From a bacterium (GTDB taxonomy: Bacteria; JAHJDO01): DNA of 64,000 nt. Under the pieces are notes generated by a model that was given only the letters and a program-made list of their open reading frames with translations, was not told the DNA's origin and did not search any database. A program made the position numbers and the translations under genes. The stretch spans positions 1 to 64,000 of the forward strand of contig JBDRTG010000029.1 in NCBI GenBank assembly GCA_043824255.1, given 5' to 3'. Positions 1 to 10,484 of this stretch are shown piece after piece (within the stretch, counting starts at the first letter, position 1; each line of letters begins with the position of its first letter).

Positions 1-42
1 CCAAAATTTCAAAGAACGATGTTAATACAAGGGGGTGATAAA

Positions 43-264
43 ATGAGAAATGTTGTAGCAATTAGTTTACCAGATAAGTTATTAAAGCAACTTAGTATTG
101 AGGTTAAAGAAGAAAATACTTCGCGTAGTGAAATAATCAGGAATTCTCTTAAGCAACATTTTTTTGTCAGAGACTTTACCAGTCTTCGCAATAAAGCTAT
201 AAGTGAATTAGCAAAGCGGGGAATTAGTCTAACAGAGGAAGAAGTTTTTGAAAAGGTCTCGTGA
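43..264 (+). CDS. CopG/ribbon-helix-helix antitoxin
   Basis: VAISLPDKLL...SRSEIIR RHH pattern; GTGA overlap with downstream PIN gene. Confidence 0.8.
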   Translation: MRNVVAISLPDKLLKQLSIEVKEENTSRSEIIRNSLKQHFFVRDFTSLRNKAISELAKRGISLTEEEVFEKVS

Positions 265-650
265 AACTTCTTATTGATACTAACGTTATAATATCAGGCA
301 TTACCGCTAGGGGCTATTCATTTGATGTTATTAAGGATGCCATTGATAAGCACGCAGTCTATTATACTAGCTATCTATTAGAAGAAATACAACGTACTCT
401 GTCTACTAAATTTTCTTTATCAAAAGATGTTATACATTTTTCTATTTTTATTATAAAAAGAGATCTTATTAAAGGTAAAACTGCTAGCAAAGTAGAAAAT
501 GTATGCCGAGATCCTGATGATAACCAGATATTAGCTGATGCTTTAGCAAATGAGATCGAAGTTATAATTACTGGCGATGGGGATTTACTCGATTTAAAAA
601 GTTACAAGGGAATTAAAATTATAAGCCCTAGAGAATACTGGAAATTATAA
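261..650 (+). CDS. PIN-domain toxin of type II TA pair
   Basis: LLIDTNVIIS, RDPDDNQIL, IITGDGDLL PIN motifs. Confidence 0.88.
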   Translation: MKLLIDTNVIISGITARGYSFDVIKDAIDKHAVYYTSYLLEEIQRTLSTKFSLSKDVIHFSIFIIKRDLIKGKTASKVENVCRDPDDNQILADALANEIEVIITGDGDLLDLKSYKGIKIISPREYWKL

Positions 651-710
651 TGAACGCCGGCCTTATCCGTAAATTTAGCAACCTCGCCCGCAAAGAAAGA
701 CTTACCTATA

Positions 711-733
711 AGGGGTTCTATGTCTAGAACCCC
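711..733. repeat. 23-bp hairpin motif (GGGGTTCTA-N4-TAGAACCCC), possible transposon end
   Basis: Identical reverse-complement copy at 47013-47035; lies exactly where the adjacent pseudogene is cut. Confidence 0.65.
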
Positions 734-1069
734 AGGAACAGGCTCAGTAGAGTCAGCTTCACAGATGAGAATGTTTCCAAGATGCATAACGCTGAAAGAT
801 GGCCCAATTATTTTCTCAAATGTTTTATATCCCACGTTACGTGCGTCATGGTTACCATAAACTATAAGTTTTCAAGGAACTTTGAAACGATTAATATACT
901 CAATTGCAATTTGATATTCTGCGTAGTAACCTTCCATTGTAAGATCGCCCGTAATCAATAAAAGATCTGCAGCACTATCATTAACAAGTTTTATAGCCTT
1001 TTCCATCAGCTTCTGGCCAAAATGGTTGGATCCACAGTGCATGTCAGATATTTGTATTATTCTTTTCAT
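734..1069 (-). pseudogene. Metallophosphoesterase pseudogene (paralog of 3809-4570)
   Basis: ISDMH, ITGDLT, GNHD motifs; in-frame TGA at 874-872; homology stops after DSTEP at the 733 hairpin. Confidence 0.85.
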
Positions 1070-1210
1070 GTTTATTTGCACCCCTTAGTGGTGTCCAAAA
1101 TATCATACTTTTTCGAACAAAAAGCACAAAAGGAAAATGTTTGATGTATAATTCAAAACATAATACTATAATGACCGAGAAGTAATATCATAAAAAAATG
1201 AGGGAAAACA

Positions 1211-1900
1211 ATGTCTAACGAAAGAATTTTAACAGTTGAAGATGATAAGCATATTTCAAAGCTTGTTAAATATAATTTAGAAAAAGCAGGTTTCCAATGT
1301 ACTGTTACAATAACAGGGGAAGAAGCCTTAGAGATTTTGGATAAAGAGCCTGTTGATTTAATTATATTGGATATAATGCTTCCTGAAATGGATGGACTTC
1401 AGGTCTGCAAACAGATAAAACAGGACAAAAAACTTTCCGCTGTTCCGATAATAATGTTAACAGCGAAAGGTGAAGAAGTAGATAGAATTGTCGGATTTGA
1501 GCTGGGCGCTGACGATTACGTCGTTAAACCGTTTAGCCCTCGAGAACTGGTTTTGAGGGTGAAAGCAATCTTAAAACGCAGGAAATATCCAGAAGCTGCC
1601 AAAGATATTTTGGATGCTGGTAAACTTATAGTAGATATTACCCGTCACAAAGTAACTGTTGATAAAAAGGAAATAGAATTAACTCTAATGGAATTTAAGC
1701 TCATGGTCACACTTATGCAGAGAAAAGGGAAAGTTCAATCAAGGGATAAATTGTTAGAAGATATATGGGATATAGCCACTGATGTTACTACTCGTACCAT
1801 AGATACTCATATCAAACGCTTGAGACAGAAATTAGGAAAAGCGGGAAAATTCATTGAGACGGTAAGAGGAATTGGTTATAGATTCAGCGAAGAAGGATGA
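1211..1900 (+). CDS. phoB: OmpR/PhoB-family response regulator
   Basis: Receiver plus winged helix (LDIMLP, GADDYVVKPF, ETVRGIGY); next to phoR and pst genes. Confidence 0.88.
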   Translation: MSNERILTVEDDKHISKLVKYNLEKAGFQCTVTITGEEALEILDKEPVDLIILDIMLPEMDGLQVCKQIKQDKKLSAVPIIMLTAKGEEVDRIVGFELGADDYVVKPFSPRELVLRVKAILKRRKYPEAAKDILDAGKLIVDITRHKVTVDKKEIELTLMEFKLMVTLMQRKGKVQSRDKLLEDIWDIATDVTTRTIDTHIKRLRQKLGKAGKFIETVRGIGYRFSEEG

Positions 1901-3725
1901 TAGTTTGAGAATAAATATCCATTATAAGATTACGCTCGTATTTGTAATGATCATTGCTGTCGTGCTTTTGGGAATCTATCTTTACCTTAACAAAAGCCTG
2001 CGAGAGTACTCCTACCAGCGTATTGAAACAAACCTAATAAAGCAAACATCATTTGCTAAATCATACATTGAAGAAGATTTTGCTAAGAAAATTCAATCTT
2101 ATGAATTAGATAAAATAGCTGATAAGATTGGCAAGGACTTAGGTTTGCGCGTTACTATTATTGGTATTGATGGCACAGTCTTTGGTGATTCAGAGCTAGA
2201 TGGGAAAAAACTTATTAAGGTTGAAAATCATCTTTATAGACCTGAAGTCCAACAGGCGCTTAAGGGGTTTTCAGCCGCTAAGTCCGGAATTGGAAAAAGC
2301 AGACGTTTTAGCGCCACGATAAAAAAGGATATGCTTTATATTGCTTCTGTTTTTGGCAAAGAAAAGCTACAAGGAATAGTAAGATTGTCGATGTCGCTTT
2401 CCGAAATTGAATTAATATCAAGCCACTTAAGAAAAACATTAATTATTTCTCTTTTCCTTGCATTCATTCTGGCAGTTATTATTAGTTTTGCTCTCTCATC
2501 ATTTATATCAAAGCCTGCAAGGGAAATGTCTCTGGCAGCTAAAGCGGTAGCTAATGGTGATTTCTCTAAAAGGATTTCAATCTCAACAAAAGATGAAATA
2601 GGAGATCTTGCAAAGGCATTTAATTTCATGTCTCGTCAAATTAAAACGCGGATTGAAGAGGTTACTACGAATAAATCCCGATTGGAAGCGGTGCTTTTGA
2701 GCATGTTTGAAGGAGTAATGGTTGTTGATATAAAAGGAGCAATCTTATTGATGAATCAGTCCCTTAAAGATTTTTTGCTTGTAAAAGGAGACCCTGTAGG
2801 TAAAAAACCTCTTGAAATAGTACGTAACATTGAGATTCAGGAAATTGCAGATAACAGCTTAAGATTAAAGCGTGGGGTTGAATCTCGCGAAATATCTGTT
2901 TTCCTTCCGGAGGAGAAAATTCTATTACTACACGCAACACCAATTATTCGGGATAACAAAATAGAAGGCGCTGTTCTGGTTTTTCACGACATAACAGGAC
3001 TGAGACATCTTGAGAAAATTCGACAGGAGTTTGTAGCCAATGTTTCCCATGAGTTAAGAACACCTGTATCAAGCATTAAAGGTTATGCTGAAACCTTGCT
3101 GGAAGGAGCAATGGATGACAAAGAGAATGCCATGGATTTCTTGAAAATAATTCATTCCGATTCTGAGCGACTGGCAAGATTAATTGATGACCTTCTGGAC
3201 TTATCTAAAATAGAATCAGGCAAGCTTAAATCGACTTTAAAGCAATGTGCTGTTGAACCTATCATCAAAAGAGTGGTTTCCAGCTTGAATAAACAGGCAA
3301 AAGATAAATCAATTAAAATTCAGACAGATATTCCTAAAGATATATCTGATGTTTTAGCTGATGAAGCAAGAATTGCTCAAGTTCTGTTGAACCTCATAGA
3401 TAATGCCGTAAAATATACTCAAGAAGGAGGCGAAGTTATTATATCTACTAAAGGGAAGGATGGGTTTGTTCAGGTTGATGTTACTGACACAGGTATTGGT
3501 ATTCCAGAAAAAGACATTTCTCGACTCTTTGAACGCTTTTATCGTGTAGATAAAGCTCGTTCCCGCGAATTGGGCGGAACTGGTTTAGGGCTTTCAATTG
3601 TTAAGCATATTGTTCAGGCCCATAACGGGCAGGTTTCCGTTCAAAGCGTATTAGGTCAAGGCTCCACTTTTAGCTTTACTATTGCAAAAGTTAAAAAGAA
3701 CGGCAAAAAATTTACTAAAGTTTAA
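1872..3725 (+). CDS. phoR: Sensor histidine kinase (TM-HAMP-PAS-HisKA-HATPase)
   Basis: FVANVSHELRTP, FERFYRVDKARSRELGGTGLGL; true start may be slightly downstream. Confidence 0.88.
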   Translation: MVIDSAKKDDSLRINIHYKITLVFVMIIAVVLLGIYLYLNKSLREYSYQRIETNLIKQTSFAKSYIEEDFAKKIQSYELDKIADKIGKDLGLRVTIIGIDGTVFGDSELDGKKLIKVENHLYRPEVQQALKGFSAAKSGIGKSRRFSATIKKDMLYIASVFGKEKLQGIVRLSMSLSEIELISSHLRKTLIISLFLAFILAVIISFALSSFISKPAREMSLAAKAVANGDFSKRISISTKDEIGDLAKAFNFMSRQIKTRIEEVTTNKSRLEAVLLSMFEGVMVVDIKGAILLMNQSLKDFLLVKGDPVGKKPLEIVRNIEIQEIADNSLRLKRGVESREISVFLPEEKILLLHATPIIRDNKIEGAVLVFHDITGLRHLEKIRQEFVANVSHELRTPVSSIKGYAETLLEGAMDDKENAMDFLKIIHSDSERLARLIDDLLDLSKIESGKLKSTLKQCAVEPIIKRVVSSLNKQAKDKSIKIQTDIPKDISDVLADEARIAQVLLNLIDNAVKYTQEGGEVIISTKGKDGFVQVDVTDTGIGIPEKDISRLFERFYRVDKARSRELGGTGLGLSIVKHIVQAHNGQVSVQSVLGQGSTFSFTIAKVKKNGKKFTKV

Positions 3726-3752
3726 CTTTCCTGTAACGTTACTGTAACAATT
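3710..3752 (+). promoter_or_regulatory. Pho-box-like array (4 half-sites, 11-bp period)
   Basis: TTAC/TAAC/TAAC/TAAC cores at 3712, 3723, 3734, 3745. Confidence 0.65.
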
Positions 3753-3808
3753 CCAAAGTATATTTGTAACTGGATGAAAGCAAATAGAACCAACATGAGA
3801 GGAGAGGT

Positions 3809-4570
3809 ATGAACAAAGGGGAAAAAGAGCAAATTCGTAAAAAGAAGATTGTTCACATATCAGATCTGCATTTAGGTTCCGCTCAATTTCTGCCAGCAGT
3901 GTTGGAGGATGCTATGAATGAGATAAAATCTCTCAGACCTGATATTGTAATCGTGACAGGTGACTTGACAATGGAAGGTTATCCATTTCAGTTTGAGAAC
4001 GCAAAAGAATATCTTAAGAAAATCTCAGATACAAAAGTTCTTATCGTTCCAGGCAATCATGACTCTTACAATGTTGGCTATCTGCATTTCGAAAAAATAT
4101 TCGGACATCGTTATGTCACACTTCATTATGATGGAATTACTGTTTTAGGAATGGATTCCAGTGAGCCTGATTTGGACGACGGGCATATCGGTCGTGAACA
4201 CTATAAGGAGATTGAATCTACATTTAAAGAAAATCCCGGTAATTTCAAAATCTTTTTTCTTCATCACCATCTTTTACCTGTTCCTCTAACCGGCAGGGAG
4301 AAAAACATCCTTGTTGATGCAGGAGATGTTCTTGAACTATTGATTAGGTCAGGAGTTAATCTTGTCCTTAGTGGTCATCGCCATGTACCGCATCTGTGGA
4401 AATTGAATAATATGTACCTGCTTAACGCAGGAACTGTTTCCACAAACCGTCTGCGAGGCAGCTCAAAACCTTCATACAATATTATTGAAATTGGCAGGAA
4501 TCTAATTATTAAACGAAAATATGTGGGAGCGGAAGATGATTGCATTCTTGATGTTCCTATTGAGACTTAA
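3809..4570 (+). CDS. Calcineurin-like metallophosphoesterase (CpdA/Icc-like)
   Basis: SDLH, TGDLT, PGNHD, HHH, SGHRH motifs. Confidence 0.88.
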   Translation: MNKGEKEQIRKKKIVHISDLHLGSAQFLPAVLEDAMNEIKSLRPDIVIVTGDLTMEGYPFQFENAKEYLKKISDTKVLIVPGNHDSYNVGYLHFEKIFGHRYVTLHYDGITVLGMDSSEPDLDDGHIGREHYKEIESTFKENPGNFKIFFLHHHLLPVPLTGREKNILVDAGDVLELLIRSGVNLVLSGHRHVPHLWKLNNMYLLNAGTVSTNRLRGSSKPSYNIIEIGRNLIIKRKYVGAEDDCILDVPIET

Positions 4571-4591
4571 CAAAATTTATAAGGTGTACTA

Positions 4592-5506
4592 ATGCCAAAA
4601 CTTAATAAAACAGGTTCAATGATGACAAAGAGCGTTGTTACCATAAGTCCTGACAGCAATGTTATAGAGGCGGTTAAGTTAATGCGGGACAATAGACTAA
4701 CCTATATCGTTGTTGTAAGCAGTAATTTACCGGTTGGAATAATTACGGAACAGGATATTGTGAAGATGGTGGCGAATGGGGAAAGCTTTGAGAAGCCAGT
4801 TTCAGAAACAATGTCGCATCCTCTTATAACAGCAAGCCCAGGAACATTGTTAAACAAAGCTTTGAATATTATGAGAACCAATCATATTCGTCGTCTGCCG
4901 ATCATTAAGAACGGATATTTAGTGGGACTTGTGACTGAGACACATTTATTGGTTGCTTCAGGAAGAGCAATGGTAGAAATAGAACAAAAACAGCACAAAA
5001 TGGAAAATCTGGCTACGAAAGATAAGCTCACAGGACTGTACAATCGCCGGTATTTTCACAGTGTTATGAAGAAGGAACTAAGCAGAGCAAGAAGATATGG
5101 GGCGCTTCTATCTTTGATATTAATAGACATAGATTATTTTAAAAAAATTAACGACACATTTGGCCACTCGGTTGGCGATGCTGTTCTAAAAAAACTTTCT
5201 AAGATTTTTAAAGACAGCGCTCGTAAGGTTGATATTGTTTTTAGATATGGCGGTGATGAATTTGCCATTATTTGTCCTATATCCGGAACACGCTCTGCGC
5301 GGATTTTTGCAGAGCGGTTAAGAAAAAGTATTGAAAAGAAGCAGCTCAGATATAACGGAACTAAACTCGCCGTTACAATAAGCGCAGGTATATGTAAATA
5401 TACTTCTGTGTACTCAAGCATGGGAAAAATAGTGGAAGGAGCCGATAAGGCTCTTTATCATGCCAAACAAAACGGCAGAAATCAAGTCTGCGTGGCAGAA
5501 GAATAA
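4592..5506 (+). CDS. CBS-pair plus GGDEF diguanylate cyclase
   Basis: Two CBS domains; DKLTGLYNRR; RKVD I-site then RYGGDEF. Confidence 0.9.
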   Translation: MPKLNKTGSMMTKSVVTISPDSNVIEAVKLMRDNRLTYIVVVSSNLPVGIITEQDIVKMVANGESFEKPVSETMSHPLITASPGTLLNKALNIMRTNHIRRLPIIKNGYLVGLVTETHLLVASGRAMVEIEQKQHKMENLATKDKLTGLYNRRYFHSVMKKELSRARRYGALLSLILIDIDYFKKINDTFGHSVGDAVLKKLSKIFKDSARKVDIVFRYGGDEFAIICPISGTRSARIFAERLRKSIEKKQLRYNGTKLAVTISAGICKYTSVYSSMGKIVEGADKALYHAKQNGRNQVCVAEE

Positions 5507-5516
5507 CCTCCGCAAC

Positions 5517-5557
5517 ATTTCACAAATACTTCACTTGTTCGTAATCCATTCTTCATA
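5517..5557 (+). promoter_or_regulatory. Pho-box-like array (4 half-sites, 11-bp period)
   Basis: TCAC, TCAC, TAAT, TCAT cores at 5520, 5531, 5542, 5553. Confidence 0.65.
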
Positions 5558-5625
5558 CTCATCCTATATTCTCTAATCAAAGAAAAATCAAAAGTGTTGA
5601 ATATGGGAAAAACAGGAAATACAAA

Positions 5626-5781
5626 ATGAAGATTGTTTTAGGAATGCTAATTCTAATATTTCTAGCTTTTCTTGGTTTTATGCATTACCGCTTTTCAAAG
5701 AGAACAGCGGATAGATTGGAAAAAATATTGAAAGGAGGTGAGTTAAGGGGAATAGAGATAGAAGCCGAAGGAGAGGTGTAA
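5626..5781 (+). CDS. Small 51-aa single-TM protein (not in ORF track)
   Basis: MKIVLGMLILIFLAFLGFMHYRFSKRTADRLEKILKGGELRGIEIEAEGEV; AGGA upstream; between Pho box and porin. Confidence 0.45.
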   Translation: MKIVLGMLILIFLAFLGFMHYRFSKRTADRLEKILKGGELRGIEIEAEGEV

Positions 5782-5827
5782 AGCAACAAAGTAAAGTAAC
5801 GAAAACAAACAAAAGGAGATTTTAAAA

Positions 5828-7060
5828 ATGGGAAAAATGAGTAGGTTTCTACTAAGTGTTGTTGTCTTTCTAGTGGTAAGTTTCTCAAGTGTATCCTTTG
5901 CAGGTGAAATTGACATTCTTGTTGAGAAACTTATAGCAAAAGGGATTCTTACGCCGGTTGAGGGACAGGTTATTCTGGAAGAAACAAAGCAGGAGGTTAC
6001 CAAAAAAATAGCGCAGGGTAAATCTTACGCTGTTCCTGAATGGGTTCAGAATACGAAGCTCAAAGGAGATTTAAGGTTGCGTTATCAATGGGAAGATCCT
6101 ACAGATGCGATTGATCGGAGCAGAGAAAGGTATAGACTTAGACTTGGCGTTGAGTCAAAGATTAATGATAACATGAAGGTACATGCAGGGATAGCTTCGG
6201 GAAGTAATGATCCTCGCTCTACTAACGAAACTCTGGACGATACCTTTGAGACCAAGGGCGCAATGCTGGATTACGCCTATGCCGAGTGGCTGGCTGCGCC
6301 TTGGGCAACAGTTAAAGCAGGAAAGATACAGGGCGTAAAAAATTGTCTTTTTACAACCTCTGATCTTCTCTGGGATGGCGATATTAATCCTGAAGGAGTT
6401 TCGCTCCTGTTAAACAAAAAAATCGGCAACGGTGAGCTATTTATGAATGCAGGGTACTGGATCCTTGATGAATGGAGCGCTTCGGCGCATGATCCATCTA
6501 TGTATGTGATTCAGCCGGGATTTAAGTACAAATTCAACGAAAACACTAATTTGAAATTTGGAGTGGCATGCTACAACTTTGAGAACATCGTAGGAAACAG
6601 CCAATTAGAACACTCCTCAAATACTAACACTACTACAGGCGGCAAGCTGAAGTATAGTTACAATAGCATCAATCCGAACATAGAATTAGGCATGAAGCAG
6701 CCATTTGGAGGATTGGTTCCTTATGCGGCTGTTTTTGGCGACTATGTTGTAAATCCGGATCGTAGTGAGGCAAATGAGGGATATCTATGCGGAGTCAAAT
6801 TCGGAGCTGAAAAGGTTAAAAAACTCCATGATTGGCAGTTCAAGTATATGTACAGAGAGCTTGAGAAAGATGCGTGGCTGGATACATTTCCTGATTCCGA
6901 TGCAATGGGCGGAGGAACTGACATAAAATGCCATGAGCTGGTTCTTGCCTATGGATTAGGGAAAAACACGGCGTTGGGGCTTGATTACTACTACGGAGAC
7001 AGCATTGGAGGCGTGGAAGCGCACCATATTTTCCAGGTTGACTGGACATTGAAGTTCTAG
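5828..7060 (+). CDS. Putative outer-membrane porin, probably for phosphate uptake
   Basis: Signal peptide, KGDLRLRY, LLWDGDINPEG, C-terminal Phe; upstream of pstS. Confidence 0.75.
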   Translation: MGKMSRFLLSVVVFLVVSFSSVSFAGEIDILVEKLIAKGILTPVEGQVILEETKQEVTKKIAQGKSYAVPEWVQNTKLKGDLRLRYQWEDPTDAIDRSRERYRLRLGVESKINDNMKVHAGIASGSNDPRSTNETLDDTFETKGAMLDYAYAEWLAAPWATVKAGKIQGVKNCLFTTSDLLWDGDINPEGVSLLLNKKIGNGELFMNAGYWILDEWSASAHDPSMYVIQPGFKYKFNENTNLKFGVACYNFENIVGNSQLEHSSNTNTTTGGKLKYSYNSINPNIELGMKQPFGGLVPYAAVFGDYVVNPDRSEANEGYLCGVKFGAEKVKKLHDWQFKYMYRELEKDAWLDTFPDSDAMGGGTDIKCHELVLAYGLGKNTALGLDYYYGDSIGGVEAHHIFQVDWTLKF

Positions 7061-7062
7061 GA

Positions 7063-7106
7063 AATCACAGAATGTTTTCAATTTTGTCACACAATTGTCA
7101 CAAATG
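7063..7106 (+). promoter_or_regulatory. Pho box upstream of pstS
   Basis: TGTCACACAAT-TGTCACAAATG 11-bp direct repeat plus an in-phase TCAC 22 bp upstream. Confidence 0.75.
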
Positions 7107-7147
7107 AAATAAATAATGAATTAAAAAACAAAAGGAGGAATAGTCAA

Positions 7148-7972
7148 ATGAAAAGAATGATTTTACAAGGATTGTTAGGACTGTCTATTTTGGGACTAAT
7201 GACACAGGGTGTCTGCGCAGGAAGCAATGACCGGCTTGTTATTCAGGGCTCAACTACTGTCCTGCCAATTGCCCAGAATTGCGCTGAAGTATTTATGCAA
7301 AAACATTCGAAAGCAGATATTTCAGTTAGGGGCGGAGGCTCAGGAACAGGTGTTGCTGGTTTAATTGACGGAATATGCGATATCGCTGATTCTTCAAGGC
7401 CAATAAAGAGCAAGGAAATAACTAAAGCGCTAAGCATGAATGTTGATCCTGTTGCTCATGTAGTTGCTATGGATGGAATCGCGGTAATTGTGCATATTTC
7501 AAATCCAGTTAGCAAGCTCTCTCTTACTCAGCTTAAGGATATCTATACGGGCAAGGTATCTAACTGGAATCAGCTTGGAGGAGAAAATAAAGAAATAGTT
7601 GCGATCTCAAGGGACGTTGCGTCCGGAACTTATGAGTGTTTCAGCAAATTAGCCCTGAAGAAAGAGCGTGTTCGTCCTGACGCGCTTCTGCAGGCATCAA
7701 ACGCGGCTGTTGTCTCAACAGTTAAACAAACGAAAGGCGCTATTGGTTATGTAGGGATGGGATATTTAAGCTCTAATGTTAAAGGGCTGGCTGTGGAGGA
7801 TATTCAACCTTCAATTGAGACTGTGCAAAAAGGAACATATCCTATTTCCCGTCCGCTGTTTATGTATACGAACGGCAAGCCAAAGGGATTGGCTAAGGAT
7901 TTTATGGATTTTGTTTTAAGCGAAGATGGACAGGAAATAGTTAGTAAACAGGGTTTTGTTTCCTTAAAGTAG
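7148..7972 (+). CDS. pstS: Phosphate ABC transporter substrate-binding protein
   Basis: GSTTV, GGGSGTG, SRDVASGT, YPISRPLF. Confidence 0.93.
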   Translation: MKRMILQGLLGLSILGLMTQGVCAGSNDRLVIQGSTTVLPIAQNCAEVFMQKHSKADISVRGGGSGTGVAGLIDGICDIADSSRPIKSKEITKALSMNVDPVAHVVAMDGIAVIVHISNPVSKLSLTQLKDIYTGKVSNWNQLGGENKEIVAISRDVASGTYECFSKLALKKERVRPDALLQASNAAVVSTVKQTKGAIGYVGMGYLSSNVKGLAVEDIQPSIETVQKGTYPISRPLFMYTNGKPKGLAKDFMDFVLSEDGQEIVSKQGFVSLK

Positions 7973-7979
7973 GTTAAAA

Positions 7980-8858
7980 ATGAGAAGAGAGCAGAAGGAA
8001 AATCTAATCAGAAGACTGTTTTGTCTGTTTTCCCTGCTCTCTATTCTCTTTCTTCTGGGAATAGTAATAGTTTTATTTAAAGAAGGTCTGCCAATTTTCA
8101 GGAAAATTTCTCTGGTAAAATTTTTATCAGGAAGATTATGGTATCCTACCTATGAGCCACCTGATTTTGGAATCCTGCCTTTGCTTTTAGGTTCTCTATG
8201 GGTTACCTTAGGAGCATTGATTATTGCTGTCCCGTTAGGTATTGCTTCAGCTGTTTACATTTCAGAAGTGGCTCAACCAAAAATAAAAGAACTTATAAAG
8301 CCGGTAATAGAACTCCTTGCTGGCATCCCTTCCGTGGTTTACGGTTTCTTTGGAATGGTAATTGTAGCTCCTTTAGTACAGAAGGTATTCGGATTGCCTG
8401 TGGGCTTGAATGCATTTACGGCCTCCATTCTTTTGGGTATTATGGCTATCCCCACTATAACCAGTATTTCCGAAGATGCAATTTCGGCGGTTCCCAAGAG
8501 TTTTAAAGAAGCCTCTTATGCCTTAGGAGCAAATAAATGGGAGACGACTATTAGGGTAACTGTTCCTGCCGCCGCAGGAGGAATAAGCACCGCCGTTATT
8601 TTGGGCATGGGCAGGGCTATTGGCGAAACAATGACCGTGTTGATGGTTGCTGGTGGAGCGGCAGTTATTCCTCATTCTTTTTTCCGACCAGTACGTACGA
8701 TGACTGCTACTATTGCTGCTGAGATGGGGGAAACAGTTGTGGGAGGCGATCACTACCACGCCTTATTTGCTATTGCCATAGTTCTTTTTCTAATGACCTT
8801 AACTTTTAATATTGTTGCTGACCTTTTAGCTCAGAGATTCAGGAGGAGATTACGTTGA
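7980..8858 (+). CDS. pstC: Phosphate ABC permease
   Basis: ELLAGIPSVVYG, RAIGETM. Confidence 0.93.
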   Translation: MRREQKENLIRRLFCLFSLLSILFLLGIVIVLFKEGLPIFRKISLVKFLSGRLWYPTYEPPDFGILPLLLGSLWVTLGALIIAVPLGIASAVYISEVAQPKIKELIKPVIELLAGIPSVVYGFFGMVIVAPLVQKVFGLPVGLNAFTASILLGIMAIPTITSISEDAISAVPKSFKEASYALGANKWETTIRVTVPAAAGGISTAVILGMGRAIGETMTVLMVAGGAAVIPHSFFRPVRTMTATIAAEMGETVVGGDHYHALFAIAIVLFLMTLTFNIVADLLAQRFRRRLR

Positions 8859-9709
8859 AACTAAGAAAGATTAGAGAATTTTTAGGTTTTGCGATATTAA
8901 GATTGGCTACAGTAATTATTCTGTTAACACTTTTTATTATCATTTATTTTATCGCTGTCAGGGGATTTAAAGTAGTTAATTGGCAATTCTTAACTCAGAT
9001 GCCTCGTTCGGGAATGACTGCGGGAGGAATTCTGCCGGCGATTTTAGGCACATTTTACCTCGTTGTTTGCGCAATCTGCTTTGCCTTGCCTTTGGGAGTA
9101 GCAGCGGCAATATATTTAACTGAGTACGCAAGACAGGGGCGGTTAATAAGAATAATCCGTATTGGGATAAATAATCTTGCTGGGGTTCCTTCAGTGGTAT
9201 TTGGGCTTTTTGGATTAGCGGTATTTGTTAAATTCTTCGGGTTTGGTATATCTATTTTATCAGGCGGTCTTACCTTAGGTATATTAATCTTGCCTACAAT
9301 TATCCGCGCCAGTGAGGAATCGTTATTTGTTGTTCCGCAATCTTTTCGTGAGGCTTCTCTTGCTCTGGGTGCAACCAAATGGCAGACTATTCGCAAAGTG
9401 GTATTGCCAAATGCTGTCTCAGGAATATTGACAGGTTCAATATTAGGTATTGGCAGAGCTGCTGGAGAAACTGCGCCAATACTCTTTACAGCAGTAACAT
9501 TCTATAGCATGAGACTGCCTCGTTCAATATTTAGCGAGGTACAGGCGCTTCCCTATCATATCTATGCTCTGATGACCGAAGGTACACATCCTGAGGCTCA
9601 AATCTCTATTGCTTATGGCACAGCGTTGGTTTTGATCTTTTTGGTTTTAGGAATAGACTTAATAGCCATTATTATACGTAATCGATTTAGAAGGAGGAAG
9701 AAGTGGTAA
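8855..9709 (+). CDS. pstA: Phosphate ABC permease
   Basis: [22 protein letters not shown]. Confidence 0.93.
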   Translation: MKLRKIREFLGFAILRLATVIILLTLFIIIYFIAVRGFKVVNWQFLTQMPRSGMTAGGILPAILGTFYLVVCAICFALPLGVAAAIYLTEYARQGRLIRIIRIGINNLAGVPSVVFGLFGLAVFVKFFGFGISILSGGLTLGILILPTIIRASEESLFVVPQSFREASLALGATKWQTIRKVVLPNAVSGILTGSILGIGRAAGETAPILFTAVTFYSMRLPRSIFSEVQALPYHIYALMTEGTHPEAQISIAYGTALVLIFLVLGIDLIAIIIRNRFRRRKKW

Positions 9710-10461
9710 TTAAAATTTCCATTCGTAATCTAAGTGTTTGGTATCAGGATACGCAAGCAGTAAAGAATGTAAGCCTTGATATCGAGAAAAACAAAGTTAC
9801 TGCTATCATTGGTCCGTCCGGATGCGGTAAATCCACGCTTATTAGATCTATTAACAGGATGAACGATATCATTTTTGGAGTAAAAGTCAAAGGAGAGATT
9901 ATACTTGATGGAGAAAATGTTTGCGGGGAAGAGATTGATGTGGTTGATGTAAGAAGAAGAATTGGAATGGTCTTTCAAAAATCCAACCCTTTCCCAAAAT
10001 CTATCTTTGAAAATGTTGCTTACGGGCTTAAAGTCAACGGGTACACTAATAGAAAAGAAGAAGTCATGCAAAGGGTTGAGCAATCCCTGAAAGGCGCAGC
10101 TCTCTGGAATGAGGTTAAGGACAGATTGAATGATTCAGCATTGGATTTATCAGGCGGTCAGCAGCAGCGTCTATGTATTGCCCGCGCATTGGCAGTTGAA
10201 CCCGAAGTAGTTCTTTTTGATGAACCCTGTTCAGCATTGGACCCGACTGCCACAGCAAAGATTGAGGAACTCATTCAAGAGTTAAAAAAGAAATATACCA
10301 TTGCTATAGTAACCCACAATATGCAGCAGGCAGCCAGAATCTCCGATTTTTGCGCTTTTCTCATGCTTGGAGAATTGATAGAATTTGATAAGACTGATAA
10401 AATGTTTACAGCTCCTTCCAAAAAGGTTACTGAGGATTACATTACGGGAAGATTTGGATAA
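9703..10461 (+). CDS. pstB: Phosphate ABC ATPase
   Basis: [33 protein letters not shown]. Confidence 0.95.
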   Translation: MVIKISIRNLSVWYQDTQAVKNVSLDIEKNKVTAIIGPSGCGKSTLIRSINRMNDIIFGVKVKGEIILDGENVCGEEIDVVDVRRRIGMVFQKSNPFPKSIFENVAYGLKVNGYTNRKEEVMQRVEQSLKGAALWNEVKDRLNDSALDLSGGQQQRLCIARALAVEPEVVLFDEPCSALDPTATAKIEELIQELKKKYTIAIVTHNMQQAARISDFCAFLMLGELIEFDKTDKMFTAPSKKVTEDYITGRFG

Positions 10462-10484
10462 TTTTAATAAAAAAGGGGTATAAG

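Noticed and set aside
872..874. In-frame TGA as recoding (Gly/Trp/Sec)
   Set aside because: TGA terminates intact genes here (phoB, pstC, tnpA) and this gene is also truncated, so it is a pseudogene
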